A DNA stretch of 64,000 nucleotides from Octopus sinensis. Its lineage: Eukaryota. The translations under genes and the position numbers were made by a program. The notes beneath the pieces are model-generated. The model worked only from the letters and a program-made list of their open reading frames with translations, ran no database searches and was not told the DNA's origin. Positions 12,559 to 24,540 of the stretch are shown piece after piece (position 1 is the first letter of the stretch; each line of letters starts with the position of its first letter). The stretch is from the NCBI RefSeq assembly GCF_006345805.1, contig NC_043000.1:4092001-4156000 (forward strand), given 5' to 3'.

Positions 12559-13256
12559 CAAGGTGCATAAGATATCTGAGGACTGATTTGTTTTTATAAA
12601 GAAACAGACATATAATAACAGATAATAACTTTATTTATCAAAAAATGGTATGAGGATAAAAATAAACCTTCTTTTCTAAAATGTTATTCAATAAAGCCAC
12701 CTTCAGCTTCAACAACTGCTTTTATATGAGATCTAAATCATCTACATGCTCAAATCAATTGGCCCTGGTTCATTTTGGACATTACTCTGACTATGGCAGC
12801 TTTCAAAGAATCTTTGGTGTTATGGGTGTGTTCACTGACCTCTCTCTCTCTCTCTCAACAACATTCCACATGTAATTGTCCAATGGGCTAAGATCTGAGG
12901 AATTAGTAGGCCAAATGTTAGAGGTTATGTGATCATGAAAATTTTCAGCCATCCATTCCTGTGTTACTAGATCCATGTGTAATAGTGCAGAGTCTTACAG
13001 AAATACATATGCCCTTCCATTGAATACACTGTCTCCAGAGCTTAACAATTATTTCCAGGACCTCAATGTAGGTGGCAGAGTTAACTCTAGGGCCTTGTGG
13101 AAAGAAGTAAGGAAGCATCACTTGTCCTTCATTGCTGACAACCCCTAAAATCATGGGAGTTACAGGAAATGTTGTCTGCCTAACACTTGGAACTTCAAAA
13201 GGGCCTGCACACAACCATCTTTCATTTCTTCTGTTAACTTTTTGATCTTGGTCAAT
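12558..13256 (-). mobile_element. Tc1/mariner DD37D (maT-type) transposase 3' half, pseudogenised
   Basis: DQDQKVNRRNERW..LGVVSNEG..FFPQG..*DSA(37 aa)PLD..EAEGGFIE*; stop at 12684-12686; 37-residue spacing counted directly. Confidence 0.85.
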
Positions 13257-13485
13257 GTACTGGGCTTACAAAGAATAAGTCCTGGGGTCAGTTTCTTCTA
13301 CTAAAACTGTTTAAGGCAGTGCTCCAGCATGGCTGCAGTCAGATGACTGAAGCGTGTAAAAGAATAAAAGCACATGCGCCTATCTGAACATTGCCACACT
13401 CTTAACATTAGTTATACCTTGTAATTTTTCTCTCTTCTGCCCATTCTTATCATTCTACTAACTGTATGTATATTAATTATATCTC

Positions 13486-13877
13486 AGCATGGAGACGCAA
13501 TGGCCCAGTGGTTAAGGCAGCGGATTCGCGGTCATAGGATCGCGGTTTTGATTCCCAGACCGGGTGTTGTGAGTGTTTATTGAGCGAAAACACCTAAAAA
13601 AGCTCCACGAGGCTCCAGCAGGGGATGGTGGTGATCCCTGCTGTACTCTTTCACCACAACTTTCTCTCACTCTTACTTCCTGTTTCTGTTGTACCTGTAT
13701 TTCAAAGGGCCGGCCTTGTCACTCTGTGTCACGCTGAATATCCCCGAGAACTACGTTAAGGGTGCACGTGTCTGTGGAGTGCTCAGCCACTTACACGTTA
13801 ATTTCACGAGCAGGCTGTTCTGTTGATTCGGATCAACCGGAACCCTCGTCGTCGTAACCGACGGAGTGCTTCCATCC
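13486..13877 (+). mobile_element. Family D SINE, tail type 1
   Basis: A-box tggcccagtgg, B-box-like ggttttgattccc; 11-bp TSD aattatatctc at 13475-13485 and 13878-13888. Confidence 0.9.
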
Positions 13878-14780
13878 AATTATATCTCTATAACATCTAG
13901 CCTTGGTTGGTTGATTCACTTGGCATCTCTCATGTGTGATAATTTTGTCGTAATCTGGTCCATGCACACACACACACAAGAGAAATTATTGTACAAAGCC
14001 TATATACGGTTAATGGAAATGTTTGGCATGTAATTAGATGAAGATGATATTAACACATGAATGTGACATGAAATGGTAATTCTTGTTGTCCCTAAAAGTC
14101 AAACTTTCACATTCGAGGTTGTCCCAGGGAAAAGATTGTTAGCTAAGATCTTGACATTGTAATACAATATATGAAATGTCTCTGAAACTTTTGTCTTGTG
14201 TCTTAAATGTAGAAAGGATTATTTTCATCATCATCATCATTATTAAGGCAGCAAGCTGGCAAAATTGTTAGCAAACTGAGCAAAGTGCTTAGCAATGTTT
14301 TGCCATCTTTACATTCTAAGTTCAAATTCTGCGAAGGTCGACTTTGCCTTTCATCCTTTCGGAGTTGATAAAATAAGTACCAGTTGAGCACTGGGGTTGA
14401 TATAATCAACTTACCCCCTCACCAAAACTGATGGCCTTGTGCCATAATTGGAAACCATTATTATTGTTATTTATTGTTTATGTATCTTTTATTTTCATTA
14501 TATTTTCTGCCACTAATTATTTTGACACCAACCTACCTGACACCACCTCTGGTTCTATGGAACAAACTTTCTGTTTTAAGGTGTTCTCAGTTAAAATCTC
14601 TCATCATAGTTTCATAGTAATTTATGCCACTATGATGATACTTTCAACAAAAAAAAAATCCCAAAATGGTTAAATGAAACAGCAGTCACTAAAGAATGTT
14701 TACATAGGTATGTCTTTTCTCATGTCAGTTCCATAATCATCTGCCACCTCTGGTTCTATGGCACAAACTTCCTTTTTTAA

Positions 14781-15128
14781 CCCTTTCATTATTGTATTTA
14801 TTTTGAGATGCTCTGTGTTTCTTTCAATTACTTTAAATGTAGCAAAGAATTTAGTAAAATAACTTAGTTATCATTAAGCTAGTGTTAGGAACATAAATTG
14901 TGACTAAGGTTTGGTGGAAGATTTTAATTCAAAACTTATGAAAACAAGACATTTGTACTCAGAGCCAGAGCCGGTTTTCAGCCGGGTTGGTAACAAAAGG
15001 GTTAAGCTAGTGTTAGGAACATAAATTGTGACTAAGGTTTGGTGGAAGATTTTAATTCAAAACTTATGAAAACCAGACATTTGTACTCAGAGCTAGGGCC
15101 GGTTTCAGTCGGGTTGGTAACGAAAGGG
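14781..15128 (-). mobile_element. TTAA MITE in reverse orientation plus a tandem duplicate of its half (15006-15128)
   Basis: Full copy 14781-15001; the partial copy restarts at the element's internal TTAA. Confidence 0.85.
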
Positions 15129-15352
15129 TTAAAGTGTTCTTAGTTAAAACCTCCCACCAGAATTTCATATCAATCTATGCTTCAAATGCCAACATAATAA
15201 TATTTTCAAAAAAAAAAAAAAAAAGCCTAGAAAGGTTAAACGAGGCAGCAGTCACACAGGTATGTCTTTTCTCATGTTAATCGCGTAATTATTTACTTTC
15301 CCAGGTGTTAACAATGTTACATTACATTATGTTTCTTCTTTTGATGTTGCAG

Positions 15353-15545
15353 CATTAATATGCGTGCTGACGTTCCTCTCTGTAGCGATCCTAAAACTTC
15401 AGAGTCAATTTACTACAGTGTGAAGTCTAGTTGTGAATTCTATGTCTTCATTGGAGTGATGGCCTTCCTCTACTGTCTGGCTGCGTTGGTCATCTATATC
15501 TACTTTGATGAAGTCTATCGTAAAAACACCAGGCTGACCATCATC
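15353..15545 (+). CDS. SYP: Physin exon: loop 1, TM2 and cytoplasmic loop
   Basis: ttgcag acceptor ends 15352; c+INMRADVPLCSDPKTSESIYYSVKSSCEFYVFIGVMAFLYCLAALVIYIYFDEVYRKNTRLTII; gtaagt donor at 15546. SSCEFYV matches the physin SSAEFFV motif. Confidence 0.95.
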
Positions 15546-15596
15546 GTAAGTATTCACTTTATTACAATCAGTCTAGTAAATGTTGTAACAATATTC

Positions 15597-15998
15597 AAAG
15601 AAAGAATCATTAGGGTTTTGGGGGAAAAAAATGTCTTTCAGCTTTTCACACTCCATCAAGGCCCAAAGAAAGAATCATTAGGGTTTTGGGGAAAAAAAAT
15701 GTCTTTCAGCTTTTCACACCCCCATCAAGGCCCAAAGAAAGAATCATTAGGGTTTTGGGAAAAAAAATGTCTTTCAGCTTTTCACACCCCATCAAGGCCC
15801 AAAGAAAGAATCATTAGGGTTTTGGGGAAAAAAATGTCTTTCAGCTTTTCACACTCCATCAAGGCCCAAAGAAAGAATCATTAGGGTTTTGGGGAAAAAA
15901 AATGTCTTTCAGCTTTTCACACCCCATCAAGGCCCAAAGAAAGAATCATTAGGGTTTTGGGAAAAAAATGTCTTTCAGCTTTTCACACCCCATCAAGG
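15597..15998. repeat. Minisatellite, 6 x about 67 bp
   Basis: Unit caaagaaagaatcattagggttttggggaaaaaaatgtctttcagcttttcacaccccatcaaggcc. Confidence 0.95.
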
Positions 15999-16460
15999 CA
16001 AACTTTGTCTTCTGTCCTTTCAGAGTCGATAAAATAAGGTACCAGTTGAGTACTGGGTTGTAGTAATCAACTTAACCCCCCCCCCTGAAATTGCTGGCCT
16101 TGTGCCAAAATTCAAAACAGTTATTGTTGTTATTATTATTTCATGAAAACTCTCAGTTTATTCTGCTGAGTATGATGGAAAGTGTCAGCTGCCCGCAGCC
16201 GGCAGACTAAGGTGACACTTGTTTACTGGTCATGCTTCAAGAAGCCTGTGGGGAACTCTTGCAGTCCCAAGCAACGATGATGTTTGCAAGTGTTCTATCT
16301 TTACATTTGTACCAATCTTTTTGAGCCACATTGGTAGATGCGTACTGATACTCATTTGTTCTGGTCTTTTTGAGCCATGTTCATTTGTTCGGATCTTTCT
16401 GAGCCATCATCATCATCAGGGTGGTTAGCTGGCAGCATTTTATCCATCTCTATGTTCTAT

Positions 16461-16796
16461 GAAGGCGCGTGGCTCAGAGGTTAGAGCGTCGAGCTTACGA
16501 TCGTGAGGTTGTGAGCTCGAATCCCGGACCGGGCTGCATGTTGTGTTCTTGAGCAAGACACTTTATTTCACATTGCTCCAGTTCACTCAGCTGTAGAAAA
16601 GAGTTGCGACATCACAGGTGCCAAGCTGTATCAGCCCTTGCCTTTCCCTTGGATAACATCGGTGATGTGGAGAGGAGAGGCCGGTATGCATGGGCGACTG
16701 CTGGTCTTCCATAAAACAACCTTGCCCAAACTTGTGCCTCAGAGGGTAACTCTCTAGGTGCAAACCCATGGTCAGTGTCTGACCGAAAGGGGTCAT
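16461..16796 (+). mobile_element. Family E SINE (further copies at 18206-18533 and, head-truncated, 2153-2425)
   Basis: tggctcagaggttagagc A-box, ctcgaatccc B-box, gtgttcttgagcaagacacttt body. Confidence 0.85.
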
Positions 16797-17224
16797 CGTG
16801 TTCTGAGTTCAAATATTGCAGAGGTGAAATTTACTTTGCATTCTTTTGAGAGTTGATAAAGTAAAGTACCAGCCAGATACTGGGGTTGATGTAATTGACT
16901 GACTCCCTCTCCCTAAAATTCCTAGCCTTGTGCCTATAGTAAAAAGGATCACTCTTTCTGTTATTAAGGCTGCAAGCTGACAGAGTCATTAGTGTATCAG
17001 ACCAAATACTTAGCAATTTTTCTTCCAGCTTTTGACATTCTAAGTTCAAATCCTGCCATGGCTAACTTTGCCTTCCATCCTTTTGGGATCGCTAAAATAA
17101 AGTACTGGAATCGATGTAACCTCTCATCAGAATATCGGGCCTTATGCCAAAAATTTGAACCAGAGACTTTGTGAACCATATCCAAATGAAGGCCACCCAA
17201 TGGATTGGCATGAAACCACTATCA

Positions 17225-17510
17225 CTGTTCAGCCTTTTATCCACAGATATACTGTGTCCTCTCTCTGCCTTTTCTACCACTACTCTAGTAGCATCTGCTT
17301 TTCAGCGCTGCTTGACTTTGTGTTACTTCCACTCAAGCACTTCTCACTCACTTGTCTCTCATCTTCCTTATCTTGCACACCCCCAGCCCTCAGGCTCTGC
17401 ACCCACATGCCTATTACTTCCTCTCCAGATCATCAGTCCCCTGGAATTACCTCCTTTCATGTGTTTTCCTGCAACCATCATGTTGCAGATGTTTAATGAC
17501 AAATGTTGAC
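17225..17510 (+). mobile_element. Relic of a CR1/Jockey-like LINE ORF2 C-terminus
   Basis: HRYTVSSLCLFYHY.. and LPPFMCFP..LQMF resemble the RRxVASLxLFYRY..LWNxLP..FP..LxxFK end of such ORFs. Confidence 0.5.
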
Positions 17511-17553
17511 CATGTCAATCTCACTGATCTTAGAGTTTACTGTTTACAGTATA

Positions 17554-18157
17554 CTAGCAGTATTGCCCGGCTCAGCGGGGATTTCGGGAGAGTTTCAGGG
17601 AGTCGCTTGCGATATATCTTGATGATCAAAAATCCGGCCTGCTAAAATTTGGTTAAAGTGATTTAAACTGCAGACTCAACGCAAAATGGTCACATTTAAT
17701 TCAAAGCATTAAAAATGTTATGAAAACAATTGGTATGTGTTCACAAAGTCCAAACGATTAATACAAAAAAACCCTCCAGGTTACATCCCAAAAATTCATT
17801 TCTTTGCCGAATTTCTACAATGTTTACAGCGATTCATTTTTATATCTTGATTTTTTTATTTTTCATGCAATTTACGCATGCTTGCACGCGTGGTGAACGC
17901 AGTTCACGTCAAACAGCTGACTGAGTAAAGTTCACTATTCAATGCATGGGATAAGGCCTAAACAAACACATTATCGATTTTTGCACTTGCGAGATGAATT
18001 TCGGAACAGAAATAGCACAGTTCAATTTTCATTCGCCTAAACTTTAAGTGACCCATTTTTGGTGGTTCTACGATTTGTTGGCTAGGAGGAGATGTGCCGG
18101 GAAGTTAAACACACAGACACACACACAGACACAAAAGTTGAATTTTATATATATAGA
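17554..18157 (-). mobile_element. Non-autonomous Helitron, 604 bp
   Basis: On -: A^TCTATATATATAAA start, GC hairpin, then ACTGCTAG^T end; no TSD. Confidence 0.8.
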
Positions 18158-18731
18158 TATTTCATGTTAACTGTACATGATGCATTTATCAAATCTGTTT
18201 ACTGTGAAGGTACATGGCTCAGTGGTTAGAGCATCAAGCTTACAATTTTGAGGTTGTGAGTTCGATTCCTGGATCAAGCTGTGTTGTGTTCTTGAACAAG
18301 ACACTTTATTTCACATTGCTCCAGTTTGCTTAGCTGCAGAAATGAATTGTGATGTTACTGGTACTAAGCTGTATCAACCTTTGCCTCTCCCTCGGATAAT
18401 ATTGGTGGCACGGTGAGGGAAGGCTGGTAAGCATGGGCGACCACTGGTCTTCTACAAACAATCTTGCTCGAACTTGTAAAGAGAACTTTCACGGTGCAAT
18501 CCCATGGTCATTTATCACCAAAGAGGGTTTTTTACTATGCATGTTATATGCTTCCATGTTTGTAATAAATATTACCTGTTATGGTACATTTATCAAATGT
18601 GTTTACTGTACATATTATGTTTTCATTAACACAAATACAAAACTACAACTTTAAGTCTAACACACTAAAACAACAACAGCTGTCTTTAATCTAACACACT
18701 TGAATGCATAACCACAGTGTGTAGTTTTATC

Positions 18732-19143
18732 TACTCTTTACTCTTTTACTTGTTTCAGTCATTTGACTGTGGCCATGCTGGAGCACCGCCTTTAGTTGAG
18801 CAAATAGACCCCAGGTCTTATTCTTTGTAAGCCTAGTACTTATTCTATCGGTTTCTTTTGCCGAACCGCTAAGTTACGGGACGTAAACACAGCAGCATTG
18901 GTTGTCAAGCGATGTTGGGAGGAGGACAAACACAAACACACACATACACATACATATTTATATATATATATATATATATACAACGGACTTCTTTCAGTTT
19001 CCGTCTACCAAATCCACTCACAAGGCTTTGGTTGGTCCGAGGTTATAGTAGAAGACACTTGCCCAAGGTGCCATGCAGTGGGACTGAACCCAGAACAATG
19101 TGGTTGGTAAGCAAGCTACTTACCACACAGCCACTCCTGCACC
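18732..19143 (-). mobile_element. Family A SINE
   Basis: Full-length reverse copy. Confidence 0.88.
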
Positions 19144-19556
19144 TATACACTTCTATAATCTTTAGTCCAACATGTTATTATAAATAACTACAATCACTAG
19201 TTTAAACCAGTCATAGCCAGCCTGAATATTCTCCCAGTTTTGAGTTCAAACCAGCCAGATGTGACCTCTTATATCTCCCTTCCAATGTCATTCTAAAAGT
19301 AAGCAATTACATCATTTGAAATCTTGAGGCTACAAGGTCATGCACGCTTAACCTCTTAACATACACATTTTTTATTCAGTTTCCATGCAATAAATATCAT
19401 ATTTTTTTAATTATGTATTTTGAATCATTTTGGATTAGTTATGATCTGTTATGAAGTTACTGTTAGAAATGGTCGTTGCCAATAGTTAACGATAGAAAAT
19501 GAGAATAACATCATGAATGAAGTATTTCTACCTTGTCTCTTCCTTTCACACCACAG

Positions 19557-19739
19557 GACTTTGTCACAACTGCTGTCTTTGCATTGATGTGGCTCATTTC
19601 TTCTTCTGCCTGGGCCCAGGGTGTTTCTGATCTCAAGTACTATTCAGACCCAGCGGATGCGTTATTTCAGAAATTGAATTGTGACAAAAACTGTATAAAA
19701 GGACCAGATGCGAACTTTTCAACCCTGGATGTCTCAATT
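19557..19739 (+). CDS. SYP: Physin exon: TM3 and luminal loop 2
   Basis: Pyrimidine tract plus cacag acceptor; DFVTTAVFALMWLISSSAWAQGVSDLKYYSDPADALFQKLNCDKNCIKGPDANFSTLDVSI; gtaaga donor at 19740; phase 0/0; SSSAWA motif. Confidence 0.95.
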
Positions 19740-19857
19740 GTAAGAAACATTTTGCTTGTTTTCACATTACTTATCAACTAATTTCATACATCCCTGATAT
19801 CCTTATACATACACACTATTTTGTGCATATACTCTTATACACAGTATTGTGTGCATA

Positions 19858-20363
19858 CCGTAAATCCTCGTGTATAATCCGCACTTTTCCCCCAAAATTT
19901 AATGGTCAAAATTCCTAGTGCATACTATATACGAAGTTAAAAATTATTTTCTAAGCAATGTCCGAGTCTCTATTTGCTGTCCGGCAATGTTTATTCAGAC
20001 GCATTTTGTGATGTCGGGAACGAAAATACTTTAAGCTAATCCTGAAAGCAATGAAGTCATAAAAGAACCATCCATAACTTGCAGTAAGCAACATTTATTA
20101 AACATTATTACTGTTATTTCTTTATTTTCTGCAAACAAAATGCACAAAAAAGCTACACGTTTGCATTATGTTATATATACAATAATAATAAAGGATGTTA
20201 CCGTATACATTTTTATAAACCAAGGATGTTATATAGACCTCCTTGACTCAAGTTAGAGAAGGGGTGCGTATTATACACAAGGTTTAGGTTTTCCAGAGGT
20301 ACAGCCCCCTAAAAATCACCTGCATATTATACTCAAGGGCAGACTATACTCGAGGATTTACGG
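19858..20363. mobile_element. pogo/Tigger-like MITE, 506 bp
   Basis: TIRs ccgtaaatcctcgtgtata and tatactcgaggatttacgg, TA TSD, repeated subterminal tattatac motifs. Confidence 0.85.
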
Positions 20364-21804
20364 TATACTCTTATACGCACTATTGTGTGCATTATATCCA
20401 TACATATACTTCTATACACCCATTCATTCTCACATACATAGACAATCTCACCCACATATGTATACACGTGCCATCAAACTGACACATGCACACCATTAAA
20501 CTGACACACACTCACCATCAAACTGACATGCACACACACACACACACAAAGTATTTGTTTTTGCATGCTCTTCTACCTGTGTGTTTACGTACCATCACTA
20601 ATACTTCTACGCACACACCACTGTGCATCATCACAAACCAAATATATTCACACCAATAACACAACCGTTTGCTTCACACTGTATATCAATACACCATTGC
20701 TTTCAGACATACACGTGGTCACTAGCTTTTCTAGAAATAGCAGCCAGGTTTCTCTCAACTAACACCCGACTGTCCTAAATAAAGAAGCATACAATGGATA
20801 CTGCTGTCGCTGACACACATAAAGATGGAGTGGTCATGGCTGGAGCATCTTTGATCATAACTCAATTGATTCAAGGTGGACTTATGACTAAAGAACAACA
20901 GCAACACACATGCACATGCAGACTGCCAATGCTGAAGCAGAAACTGCTTTTGGTATCTGATACAAGTAACCCCTCGTTTGTGCTAATTGGTGTATGGTGT
21001 TATTTGAATTATCTGGGAGGAATTTTTAAATGTTACTTTTCATTTTTCTGGAGGTCATTAAATAAATAAAGGGCTAGTCAGGTCTTAGAGTCTATTATTC
21101 TTCCTCACTCATCCCCATAGGATATCAATTCAACAGGGAAACATCTTGGTGAAGTGATTGATGTGGGATTTGCAGTGTAAAATTAGAGCTGGTTGTGTCC
21201 TGGTAGCTGTGGTATGTTCTACACTGTTTATTTGTTTAAAGGAGCAAGAATTCTGTTGTGTTCATCATCATCATCGTTTAACATCCGTTCTCCATGCTAG
21301 CATGGGTTGGACGGTTCGACCGGGGATCTGGGAAGCCAGATGGCTGCACCAGACTCCAATCTTGATCTGGCAGAGTTTCTACAGCTAGATGCCCTTCCTA
21401 ACGCCAACCACTCTGAGAGTGTAGTGGGTGCTTTTACATGCCACCGGCACGGGGGCCAGTCAGGCGGTACTGGCAACGGCCTCACTCAAATGTTTTTACA
21501 CGTGCCACCGGCACAAGTGGAAATTAGGCAATGCTGGTTGCAATCACACTTGAATGGTGCCTTTTACGTGCCACCAGCACGGAAGCTAGTTAGTCCGCTC
21601 TGGCAACAATCATGCTCGGATGGTGCTCTTAACACCCTACTAGCACGGGGCTCGAGTGCCAGTAAGGTGACGCTGGTAACGATCACGCTTGTTATAAAAA
21701 GAAAACAGGAGGAAGCAGATCTGTATGGTGCAAATGGTTGTATTCACTTTGTAATTCAGTAATAATTTTATGAAATGTAATTCTCTAGTTTTAATTTTTA
21801 CTGA

Positions 21805-21972
<168 letters not shown>

Positions 21973-24540
21973 AAAAATAAAAAGTGGTACAGGACAGGGA
22001 CATTGCTGTATTAGTCAGTCATATGTCACCTTGCTATTGTTATCATTCAGTAGATGAGAAAGATGCAGATAGAAAGAACAGCATATGATGTGCATTGTAT
22101 AATATTTTGAGGATGTAACGTTAATTTTCTCTAGGAAGAGAGTGTTAAGTAAGTCAGCAATGGTCAACCATAATTTAATGTCGATCTGGTTCTAATTCCT
22201 AACACCAAGCAGCAGATATGACTGACCGAGTGACTGCGTGTACGCACGTGTGTTTATGTGTGTGCGTGTGATTATGTGTGTACACTCAGCAACCAGTTTG
22301 TTACACATGTAATACCTAACATAGTTGGATACTAAGTGTATATATGAGTATGTATGTGTGTGTGTATATGACAAGTTAAAGGTGTGTTGAGTCTTGTTGC
22401 TACATCTTGAGACAACACATTCAAAAGGTAAGAGTGAAAGTTGCTGCCACATCTCTGATGACCTTCCTTCATGTGTCTTGTGCTTTATTCTGCTCTATTC
22501 AGATGTTTGGAGAAAAGATTCAATACTATAGCATACTTTCCCTATATGGGACATTGCTTCCATATGATACATGCAATCTGTGTGTGACTGAATCATTGCA
22601 TGAATGTCTATATGTGTATATCTGTGCATCACTGTTAGTGAGTATGTGCATTTGCGTGTGTGAAAGATTTTTCTTTTTCCAATTCACTTTGAGATTATGA
22701 GAATTTACATAGTTTGAGCAGGTTGAACCCAAATTTTATTTCAACCCAAATTAATTATAAAACCCACCCCCTCCTAAGGCTCTGGTTCAATTTTAGCCTA
22801 GCAGTTTCTTGATAATAATTTAGTAGATGTTTGTTGCATAAGAAACAGATTCCAAATATTTAGATTTAATGGAGTAATTAACCATTAAAGTTTGTTTTAT
22901 TTTCATTTTTATTTTTTGTGCGTGAATCCTAAAAAAAAATAAAACTGAGGGATGTCATTTTTTTTTTTTAAATCAATTATATATTGCGACAGTGAGAAGA
23001 TGGCAACATGTTTTTAATGATAGCTTGTCAGGTTAAATCTTGAACTAGTGATGTGTTTCAATCAGCAGTTCAAGTATTAAGTAGAATATAACTTCACCTT
23101 ACAGAAGTAGAATAAAACTTCTATCATGGGCCTTAGTTTAGTTGTAGTCAGGTAACTTCCTCACCTGTAGCCTCTTTGTTTACCATGTTAAATCTTCATG
23201 GTCTCCAACTAGATAGCAGGAGGTCATCTTCATATTTTCTTAATACTGCATTATATTATCTCTAATCGGAGAGTGATCAACAATTTCTCATGTGATCAGT
23301 GCCTCGATTGATTATTTCCTTTATTTACCTACAATTTACAGAAGGGCATCTAAAAAAAAAAAATGTGCTCCCATTTCTGTTCAATTATCTTGAAAGTTCT
23401 TTAGTTACTCTCTTGACATGCCAGAAAATCTAATATTTTCTATAAAAGAAAAGCAATTTTTTTTTTCTTGTTTTAACTGAGAAGCAATCAAGTGAAAATT
23501 GTTTGATGATTTTTACATTTCTAACAACATGGCATTGTTTTCCTTTTATTGTTTTGGTTTTTCCTTTCTTTTTTCTTTTTTAAAATTTTTAGCAAAGCTG
23601 TATTTTTCTACTTACTTGATGAAAACTGTTTCACTTTTTTATAAGTCAATTTTTATATTTAGCAGTTAAACATTTCTTTCCCTTTTCTGCAGCTTTCCAC
23701 TTTTCAAAAATTTATGACAGATGAAAACTACTTCCTGTTCAATTAAACTGTCATCTGTTTTGTTTTTGTTTTATTATTGTACAATAAAAAAAAGTCGCTT
23801 TTTGGATGAAAATGTTTATTTTTTTTTTAGTTTAACACTATCTTTATTTTTTTTTTATTTGACTGTTTATTTATGGTAATCTTCGATTATCTGTTATTTT
23901 ATGTTTTAAATACAACTCTACTGGAGTATGGCTCAACTGAATGTGACTGAACCAAGCACTCAGTATTTTTAGCATGCTTAATATTCTCATAGTTTTCTAT
24001 ATAAATTTTAATTTCTTTTTGTATAAATCCAAGGTTTGTACAGAGAATGTTTGTTTAAACAAAAGTATTGGGGTGGCTATAAAGACTGTATGAAAGAGAA
24101 TTTCCTTGCGACTTTTGGAAATTGGAATTCTCATTTATATAAAATGTTATGTCTACAACCACACACTGTTTAAACATATATCTGATTAAATGTTAATTAA
24201 GAAAGAGTTTAATGATTAGAAAATATCCTTTTGCTTATATAGGTTATTTTAGTTATCCAGTCATGTATGCCTATCTTTTGTGATAGCAAGACTTAATTGT
24301 AGTTACTTTTACCTAATTTCCTACCAAACTGCCATAAAGTCACCAGGTAGATTAATCCACTGCCAGGAATTCTTTAAAGCATGAAGTTAGTCAATATTTT
24401 CTGTTCAATAATTGATTATATTTACCTAAAACTATAGCTCATTAGCGTGGTCAAGATAAATCTTGGTCTTCAAACCGCCTTTAAATTTGGCTTATTTCAG
24501 CTCTTGTTAATAAAACATTGCTTATTTCTCAATAAAATAG
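21973..24540 (+). other. Probable 3' UTR of the physin gene (may extend to about 28.8 kb)
   Basis: Follows the stop codon, T-rich on +, no SINE copies; AATAAA at 21976, 23111, 23783, 24509 and 24531. Confidence 0.6.
23778..23830 (+). promoter_or_regulatory. Candidate polyadenylation signal
   Basis: TGTA (23778-23781), AATAAA (23783-23788), then a downstream GT/T-rich tract (tgtttatttttttttt); canonical arrangement. Confidence 0.55.

Noticed and set aside
13486-13560. Possible tRNA genes (SINE heads of families A, D, E)
   Set aside because: A and B boxes are present but there is no acceptor stem or T-run terminator, and each continues into a SINE body.
15546-15884. 3' extension of the 174-aa ORF 15360-15884
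   Set aside because: Read-through past the GTAAGT donor into intron and minisatellite; only 15353-15545 is physin-like.
15597-15998. CRISPR-like array or interstitial telomere
   Set aside because: No unique spacers; TTAGGG occurs only once per 67-bp unit. The 63-bp family C repeats also lack spacers.
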